From contig CM102287.1 of the NCBI GenBank assembly GCA_046563655.1, positions 2,108,001 to 2,172,000 of the forward strand: 64,000 nucleotides of DNA, given 5' to 3'. Source of the DNA: Yuukianura sp. NJ FZ-2021 (Eukaryota). The notes under the pieces were generated by a model, which ran no database searches, was not told where the DNA came from, and was given only the letters and a program-made list of their open reading frames with translations. The translations under genes and the position numbers were made by a program. Below are positions 55,930 through 64,000 of the stretch, in pieces. The stretch's first letter is position 1. Each line of letters opens with the position of its first letter.

Positions 55930-57967
55930 CCTTCATAACATAATAATATATTATATTATAACATTTATAACATTGTATATTATTATATTATAACATAGTA
56001 CATTATTATATTATAGCATATTATAAATAATACATAATATAAAATATTCAACACTGGAATTAAGTTAAAGTTAAATGACGAAGGATAAGAACAAAGAACA
56101 AAACAGGAAATGTGTGGGAATGTTCTGGGTGGAGTTACAAGGAACTCTGGCTTTGCGAAGACGCTGCGCATGCGCTGTACAAAACATCGTCAGGGCCCCG
56201 ATAATCCCCAAATCCCCGGGAATTTGGGGTTAACCCCATTTTCCCGGGGGAATCATCAAATCCCCGGGGAAAAGCAAACACTATGGAAATGGTTTAAAAC
56301 GTAAAAAAAGTGAAATCCACGAAAAAAAAATTTTTTTTTTCGAAAAAGTTGTTTAAAAAAAAGTTTTTTTTTTCTGGATCCAAAAAATATTGGGAGCAGT
56401 TTTGGTCCGAAATTTTTTGGGTCCTGTTTCAAATTTTCGAAAGTTTTTCGTTTTTCCCTCTGCTCTCTCCTTTTATGTGTGAGCTACTAATCGTACTTTA
56501 ACCTTGTGTTGCAGAATGGCAGTCCAGAAGGACTAAACAGTATTCACGAATTGCCAAACTGAATCCACTTGAGAAAGGCAGTGAAGTCAATCACTTATGT
56601 TGGAGATGATGTAAACTTTGCAATCTTTCCGAAAACCAATATTTCAAAATGCCTAAATTTTCGAATTTTTGTGGCGCTTCTTTTTAGGAGGTGATAGTTC
56701 AGTGCAAAGATGGGAAGAAGTACAATGCCGACTACGTCGTTTGTACTGTTTCTTTGGGTGTTCTGAAGAGCAAACACGGAAAATTGTTTAGTCCACCACT
56801 TCCACTTGAAAAAGTCAATGCAATCGAGGTTAGTCCAACCAAACCCGAAAACCAAATACCAAAACTACTAAAAATCATAATTCTTTTTTTTTATATATAA
56901 TAAATAATACTAATCTGTTTTGCAGCATCTCGGATTTGGAGTTCTTGACAAAGTCTTCCTGGAGTTTTTTACTTCGTGGTGGCCAGAAAAATCGTTGGGT
57001 TTCAACTTCGTTTGGGACGACTGCTGCAAGGTCACCATTCGATAGTCACAAGTCTTATTTATTTCATTTATTTATTAAATAAAATGAAAATTTGATAACC
57101 GATGGACGTTGTTTTTAGGTCCATCAACACTGGGTTCCAGGCGTTGCGCCCAGTGCCCTGTTGCAAGAAGACGAGAATGGAATTCCGCATTGGTGCCGCA
57201 GTCTCCTTGGCTTCTACACTTTGAAAAATCAGCCCAAGACGCTTGTCACGTGGGTCACTGGACCAGCAGCTGAATGCATGGAGATGCTGGACGCAGAGAC
57301 GCTCCAGAAGCATTTGGTCAAGGTGCTGCAGAAGTTTGTCGGAGCAGTATTTACTGTCCCACCGCCAGTAGCCCTGCTACGAAGTACATGGAAGACGAAT
57401 TCTCTGACTCGCGGATCCTACAGTTTTCGAACAGTTTCAACTGAGAAACATGCTGTTAGTGCAGCGGAATTGGCCGCGCCAATTTTGACTCCTACCAAGA
57501 AACCGGTATGTGTTAACTAAAATACGTAATAACTTTGAATGTGGATTGAGTAATGGATTAATTGTGGTCAAAGGTCATTTGCTTTGCTGGAGAAGCTTAC
57601 ACACTACTGCTTCTATTCCACTGTCCACGGTGCTTATGATTCTGGAGTGAGAGAGGCTGAGCGGATCATTGGTCATTTGCACAAGGGCAGCATTCGACGT
57701 GGGTCAGCTAAGGACGAAAAGAGCGGGAAGGACGAACAAACTGACGACTCTCTCGACGCGTGCTGCTACAGTTTGCTCAATTACGTCTAACTGCTGCAGC
57801 ATCAGCACTCTGATTGATGACATTTCAGCAATTGCGTCCTCAGAATCATTACAAAATTTTAATAAAACCAAATTTTGAAGTCTCGGAATTCAATTATTTT
57901 AAAAATACTATAATATCCTTATACATTATTGTATTATTATAAAACAAATTATTTCAAAACTATAATT

Positions 57968-59144
57968 TTAGTGAAACAGTGAGTGGTCACACTTCTGAAA
58001 ATATTCAGAACAGTTGCCTCTCCTACCTTGTCGCTCTGCTGCCAGGTACGAGGCCAAGTGAGTCTCGGAGTACTGCGAACGGCTGACGCTGTACAGGAAT
58101 AACATATTAATTTATAACTAAAATAATTAAATAATATAATCTTTTACATTTTATGTAGGTATAGTTGCATAAGAGTTTTACCTGAAGAGTTGTTTCATGA
58201 ATTCCCCGAAGAATCCGTAGGTTCTTTCAATCTGTTCTGCATGGACTTCGCAGACACTGCGCAGAAGACAAGCCCTTGAATCTCCAACGCCGGTTCCACC
58301 CAGGATTTTTTCTACTTTTGGAATCAAAGTGGCTCGCTCTCCTCCCACAAGCGAATCTGGGGGTGGCAGAGACAGGATTGACTTGGATCGTTTGCTACGA
58401 CGTTGACCTTGACCTGGAATTCTGTCGAAGAAGGAACGACGGCGACGTTCTGGAGGAGGCGGAGGATCCGGAGTCCAGTCCAACTCGTCGAAAAATACTG
58501 GAGAGAGGTAAAACGGTAAAACAGAGAGTGACACTAAATTTTAAAATAGGGATGTTTTTGATTTTCAAGAGTTTCATCCCTTGACCCTGACATTACTTAC
58601 TTGTGAAAGCCACGGATAGACGAACACTGGCTCCAGCCCATTCGGGGAATCCATGAATCGTGTACTTGAACTGCGGAACAAGAATCAAAATGGTTTCGTC
58701 GAGGCCAAACGGCGCAGGTTCGTCTGGTTTTTCTTTCTTTTTGTCTTTTTCGGAATCTTCCGATTTCGTGTCATTTTGATCTTCGGATGTACTCGGAAAT
58801 TGGTGGTGAGTTTCGGGAGGGTTGTAGAAAGGATCGTAGTTGTAATAGTGATACATTTCTTCATGTTCGTAGGTCATCATATCGTCGTGGTACAGAGGAT
58901 GAGGACCTTGCCCATCAATTTGACCGTGGCCGTGACCTTGAGCTTCAATCTGACCTTGCATCTGAGGCTTCACTGATGGTTTTGCAGGATGTTCCGGTGG
59001 AGATGGAAGATGGCTCGGGAGTCCGCCAGCGTTGAAATCTTCGGTTTGTCGCTTGACCCTTGGTGACCTTGACACGTTTGTATGGTCGAGCCATGTCAAG
59101 GGAACGCTGGATACGAGCAAGAAGAAAACAAAAGTTAAAGACAT
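57968..59144 (-). CDS. Host secreted DM4/DM12-family protein (exons 59144-58601, 58533-58182, 58088-57968)
   Basis: Signal peptide; RATLIPKVEKILG...RACLLRSVCE...GFFGEFMKQLF...YLAAERQG...C...YFQKCDHSLF; GT-AG introns keep the frame. Confidence 0.82.
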
Positions 59145-59542
59145 TTTATCGGCCTTTCGAAATCGAATTTAGCACGGACGTTTTTTCTTGGTCAAATAAT
59201 GAACTTAAGTCTCCTGCTATTTCTAGAACAAACGACAAACTCGAAGGATTTGGAGGAACTAATTATGACTTCAACAAAAGGTCTAAGTTTTTAAACATTT
59301 TTTTTTGAAAACACTAAAGAATTTAGACTAAAAGCTTTGTTTTGAGTTTGTTTTTTCTTCTTTTCAGAAAAAATGGACTTTTGTGATGGTCAATTTGGAC
59401 AATGGATTTTCATATCCCTTTTCTCTGTAATGATGCGTCCCTTCCTCAACATGAGACTAACGACCGCATTTCCGTTTTGAAACGTTCGGAATAATCAAAA
59501 AATCAATTCTGATGTGCAACTTTCTCCAGAACACGATTTTGA

Positions 59543-60316
59543 CAGAGTTGGCAAAATGACGTCATTTTCACGAAAATGACGTCAAAAACGTTTAAAACGT
59601 TAAAAACGCGTCAAAAACGTCAGAAACGTCAGAAACCTTTCTTCAAAAATTAAAATCTTTAATTCTCAATTGCCGGTTAACCTACATTGTAAACTTGCTA
59701 ACTATTACAATATTACGTATACCCGCTGTCAGTTCTCACTACTGTTCGCTAAATTGACGTCAGTCACCTCCCTGCAGCCTGGTAGGCTGCAGGCTGTGTA
59801 CTTATTAGGTAAGTATTTGATTATTTTTGTTACATGAGACGCAATGTTGGGTATTTGAACATCATGAGAAAATAGGTTCAAAACTTGAGCAACGCAGCCA
59901 TATTGGATAATTGAGATGTATTCATTTTTTTTCAAGCTCACGACGCATTTTTGCAACGTTCCCTGTGTTACCAGTAACGAATGCTCTGACGCAGACGCCC
60001 CATTCCGTTGCATATCTGTCGATTTCTTCTTTCGCCGAAGTTCTCAAACATGCTTGTATATCAAAATAAAGCTTGTTAAAGCTTGATTTCCTTCAGAATC
60101 AGCGATTGATATGCCGACAATTGGTTCGTTCTGGACGTTGGACCAACCATCAAGACACATTGTTGCTGATTTTTCTTTAAATTTGAACGCGAATGCATGG
60201 TTTTATAAGAAATGAATCTGAAAAAAATGACGTTTTCTGACAAGGGCTCTTGTCAGAAGCGTTTATGACTGACGTTTTTGACCGACGTCGACGTCATGGT
60301 AATTTTGCCAACCCTG
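59543..60316 (-). mobile_element. Deleted hAT DNA transposon relic
   Basis: TIRs CAGAGTTGGCAAAAT / ATTTTGCCAACCCTG, 8-bp TSD with 7/8 match (GATTTTGA / GTTTTTGA), subterminal AAAACGTC repeats, transposase remnants CLDGWSN and CVAQVLNL. Confidence 0.75.
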
Positions 60317-60615
60317 GTTTTTGAAAACTTTTTTTTTCTTGTAGATTGATGCATTTCCTCATCACGGACGACACAACTTCCGCTTCACGCCCGATTTCCA
60401 GTCTCACCACAAACGAAGACAAAGTGAAAGCATCCTCCTGTCACCGTTCAAAAATCCAACACAAGTCGACTTCAACTCAAGAACTTTTTGAAACCATTTT
60501 GGACGAAAAACGAAAACTGTTTGGTATAATTTTTGGAAAGGCGTCGTTCCTTTTTCAAATGGGTTTTTGAAAATCCTCCGAAAATTGAACCCGTCGAAGA
60601 CAATGCTGAAGCGTT

Positions 60616-61469
60616 GGGAGCACGCCATTGTTTCAAATGAAATGTTTCAAATCGAATTGCTTCAAATGAATTGTTTCAAATCGAATTGTTTCAAAGGGTA
60701 AATTGTTTCAAAAGGTAAATTGTTTCAAACAAAATTGTTTCTAAAAAAATTGTTTCAAATGGCCAATTGTTTCAAAAGGTAAATTGTTTCAAACAGAATT
60801 GTTTCTAAAAAAAATTGTTTCAAATGACCAATTGTTTCAAAAGGAAAATTGTTTAAAAAAAATTGTTTCTAATGGCCAATTGGTTCTAAAGGAAAGTGCT
60901 GTTAAAAATATTTATTTAAAAAAAAACTTTTAGATGAAGTATCGTGACCTTGTTAGTTCGACTTTTGAAAATTGTCGAGGATTTTCGTAATTTTTAATTA
61001 ATTTAAGTTGAATTGGATTTGTTCATTTCGCGCTTGCTTACTTCGGATAGCCATTGTTGCTCATGTTTTTGTTGTCACATTTTTTGGATAATGGTATTTG
61101 ATTTTGTTTAAAATAAACATTTTTTGAACAAACATCTAAGTTGTTATCTAGTTCGTTAATTTGAAATTATTTTTAAAAGCAATTTCTCTTTAGAAGCAAT
61201 TTGGGTTTAGTAGAAACAACTTTTGTTTTTAGAAACAATTTTTTTTGAAACAATTTACCTTTAGAAGCAATTGGTCATTTGAAACAATTTTTTTTAGAAA
61301 CAATTCTGTTTGAAACAATTTACCGTTTGAAACAATTGGCCATTTGAAACAATTTTTTTAGAAACAATTTTGTTTGAAACAATTTACCTATTGAAACAAT
61401 TCGATTTGAAACAATTCATTTGAAGTAATTCGATTTGAAACAATTCATTTGAAACAATGGCATGGAACC
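60616..61469. mobile_element. Foldback/MITE-like element with modular inverted arms
   Basis: Arms of tandem AATTGTTTCAA units in opposite orientation, GG...CC ends, 8-bp TSD GAAGCGTT (60608-60615 and 61470-61477). Confidence 0.78.
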
Positions 61470-62391
61470 GAAGCGTTAAGGCCATGCTGCAGAAGATTCA
61501 AGAAAATGCTGGCAAAGCTTTACTCAGATGCTGCCGAGGCATTAAGAAGATGCTGTTGAAGCTTTAAGAAGATGATAGTGTGTGTATGTGTGGCTATTTG
61601 TGGAAGACAATTTAGAGGCTTTGTTTCTGGTGGATTTAAGACGGAAAGAGGAGGTGAAAGTACGAAAGTGGAGCCTGGAAACGCAAAGGGCGCCAGAACG
61701 TGTTCTTCGGGCGGATTATCCAACACTTCACTGCTCCCTTTGAGATTCTTCATGTCATTAAGAAGACTCTCATGAATAAAGACGTAAAGTGCATCATCAT
61801 GTGAACACAGTCATCTTAACTACACAACCATAACTTCACAAATTAAATTCCAGCGATGTAGCTTCCCATGGCTCACTTCCGCACAAACCTCCAGTTGTGG
61901 ACTACGCGACTCCAAGAAAACTTCCGGAAAACCTAACTAACCTAACCCGTGACAGCCTAACTAACCTAAAATGCTAAACATGAATGAGACAGAAAGAGGT
62001 CAACTGATAACTGACGCTTTACATCCGCTGAAACATGTCCAGTCAGTACAAGAGGAAGAGGACCAGTGATAACGGAGACATTACTTTAAAACATCAATTT
62101 AAACTGAAGTTCGGCTGAAGTGGTGCTAAACATCAGCGTTTCAGCGTTTGCGCTTCCAGCGTCTTCAGCAGACTCAAAATCACGAGGACAAAGCGGGTTT
62201 CACGCTCAGTCTTCTCTCAAGACGGGCTCGTTTCGTTGTTCTTCTGGTGAGTGAAAGCAAACTTTCTCAAGTACAATCAACTTACACTTGTTGACAAGAT
62301 GTGCTAAATTTCTAGTTTCAACCAAAATGGTAGAAAGTGGAGGTGAAGTCTAATTTTTGAAAGCTCAGGTCAAGGTCAAAGGTCAAGTGAC

Positions 62392-62715
62392 ATGGCCAAA
62401 GGTCAAGGTCGGCCAAAGCCAAAAGACACTTTTTTGACAAAGTTGGAGGGAGATGAAGAGGACTCTGAACGTTTGTTTCTTTTGGAATCAAACTTTCCCG
62501 CCAAGTTCGTCAATGGAATCCGGTGTTTCTGGAACTCCAAAAGTGCTAAATTGTTTTTCCTAACTGTGCTTGTTAGTGCGATTTTAATCACTGCAACTTC
62601 TTTTCACTTTCGTCTGTCCTCGCTCGAAGAGCAAGTTAGAACAATTTCTGGTCAAGTGAAAGTTCAAGGTCAAAATATCACAGAAACTCCCGCCGAGAAG
62701 CAGCCAATCAACAGA
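62392..62715 (+). CDS. Probable first coding exon of a host type II membrane protein
   Basis: ATG ORF with TM LFFLTVLVSAILITAT, coiled-coil-like RLSSLEEQVRTI, and donor AGA|GTAAGT at 62716; no downstream exon identified. Confidence 0.45.
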
Positions 62716-64000
62716 GTAAGTTCAAAGAAGAACTCCAAAATTTACAATCTAAACTAAAAATGAGAATGGGAGAAAAAATTAATGGTTATTTTTTTTTGTT
62801 TATTGTTTACCCTACCCTACAACACTGCACGGGAGGAAATATTTTCAAATTTTCGATGAGTTTTGTAAAATTTCGTACGAGTTTTGCCACTTTTTGGAGA
62901 ATTTCAAACAGAATTTGGATGTTTAGAAAGCAATTGAGGTGGAGACAGAACAAAAGTAATAGTTGAGGGTTGTAAATACGGAGAGTTGTAGTTGTTGCTT
63001 GGCAGAATCCAATTAGACTATCAAATTTCTGTGTTTGCGATTCTGAGGGAGAAAGTGGATGGTGGAGTGGAAATGAATGTGAATTTTGTGCCTAGGAACA
63101 CGTAGTAGTATTCTGCGTGCTCCTATAAACTAATTTCCACATGCAGCTCCTCCAAAAGAACAACTTTCTCCAGTTTAAACTCTCCACAATCTAGAGAGAG
63201 GGAATGGCATGGAATTTATCCCCGCCCATTGAAGAAAGCATCCTCATTGAACCGCCAAAGGGTGGAGAAAGGTGTTAATGAAAACTTTCTCTTCCCCTCA
63301 GCTCCCCCCCTTCTCCGATGATTACTCGGCCTCACGAGTTTCACCGAGTGGAGTGGGATTTTGGAATATGGGGTGATCACTGATATAGCTTAGGTGTAAT
63401 GTGGAGTGATTTCTCTTCCCGCCATCACCGGATATATGGTGATATATGAAGGCCGATTCTGACGCTTCGATTGGCTGTTGAGGCCGATTCTGACAACCTG
63501 ATTGGTTCCATATCTAAACCTACTTATAAAAACGCATTACGCGGGGGTACATGGGTTTGGCCTATCTACCTGCCCCGGCAGGCCGATTTCTTATCACTGA
63601 TCCCCGCCAATAAATTTTGTACCGGAATCCAAACAAGGAACTTGTTGGACTTCTGGAATTCAACAAATATTCACATACACAAAACAGAAAATTTCCAATA
63701 ACTTTTTCCTGGAAGTTCCACTTCGACTGTCCCAACTTTCTCCAAACGAAACGAGAACCGTAGTAACTTTTGTGTTATATTTGCAAATTGAATTAATTTT
63801 AATTATTTCCAACCAACTCAATCAAACCAACCCGACGTGGAAAGCGCGAGTTTTTTTTTTTCAAACAAAAACTTTCACTTTTCAGAACTAGAAAAAGTTC
63901 GTTCTTCTGTGTTTGCGAAACAGAAATTTGAAGCTTTTGAAACCAGCAGGATTCTTCTTTTGTTTTGAATTTTTAGAAAACAGCAGGATTTCACTTTAAG

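Larger units (their letters stand above)
41660..57790 (+). pseudogene. Host flavin-containing amine oxidase (spermine/polyamine oxidase-like), disrupted
   Basis: Exon 1 rebuilt across TSD GCGTG reads MEGDEEYDASATKNTKRVVIVGGGVAGLAC...LEAADTIGGRV; later ELGAQWVHG, ADYVVCTVSLGVLK, LGFGVLDKVFLEF, WKTNSLTRGSYS, FAGEA/THYCFYSTVHGAYDSG. Central part is missing and there is a 1-nt frameshift near 57598. Confidence 0.88.

Noticed and set aside
61480..62390. Short ORFs here and at 62760-63701 as genes or TE proteins
   Set aside because: No recognisable motifs or consistent exon structure

Overview
Eukaryotic, AT-rich, probably arthropod genomic window (short GT-AG introns, a DM4/DM12 gene). About 55 kb is a stack of nested mobile elements; six insertions have visible target-site duplications (TSDs), and removing the five that fall in a reading frame restores that frame. 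Nest 1 is four levels deep. A minus-strand Gypsy element C (<1..33505) has its gag split by a Polinton/Maverick-like element P (2284..32207, AGTAG...CTACT ends, TSD GCCTC). P is about 8.6 kb net, with two ~3.26 kb gene-containing inverted arms around a packaging-ATPase core and no polymerase, integrase or capsid. P's left arm holds Gypsy element A (5094..26389, TSD GCCGG), which encodes three tandem F-box-like ORFs and a small TM peptide before gag, then gag-pol, a class III (gB/rhabdo-G/chuvirus-like) env and a post-env ORF. A's integrase is split by a pol-less LTR element B (11844..20277, TSD TAAT). Next comes BEL/Pao element D (33921..40413). Nest 2 is BEL/Pao element E (41712..55140), inserted in exon 1 of a host flavin amine oxidase pseudogene and itself split by Gypsy F (46357..53113), which carries a spliced zinc-knuckle accessory gene. 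The last ~9 kb holds the rest of the oxidase pseudogene, a DM4/DM12 gene, a hAT relic, MITEs and a probable first exon. The best novelty candidates are the F-box-bearing, class III env Gypsy element A and the palindromic non-autonomous Polinton P. All family assignments are by eye from motifs, with no database searches.
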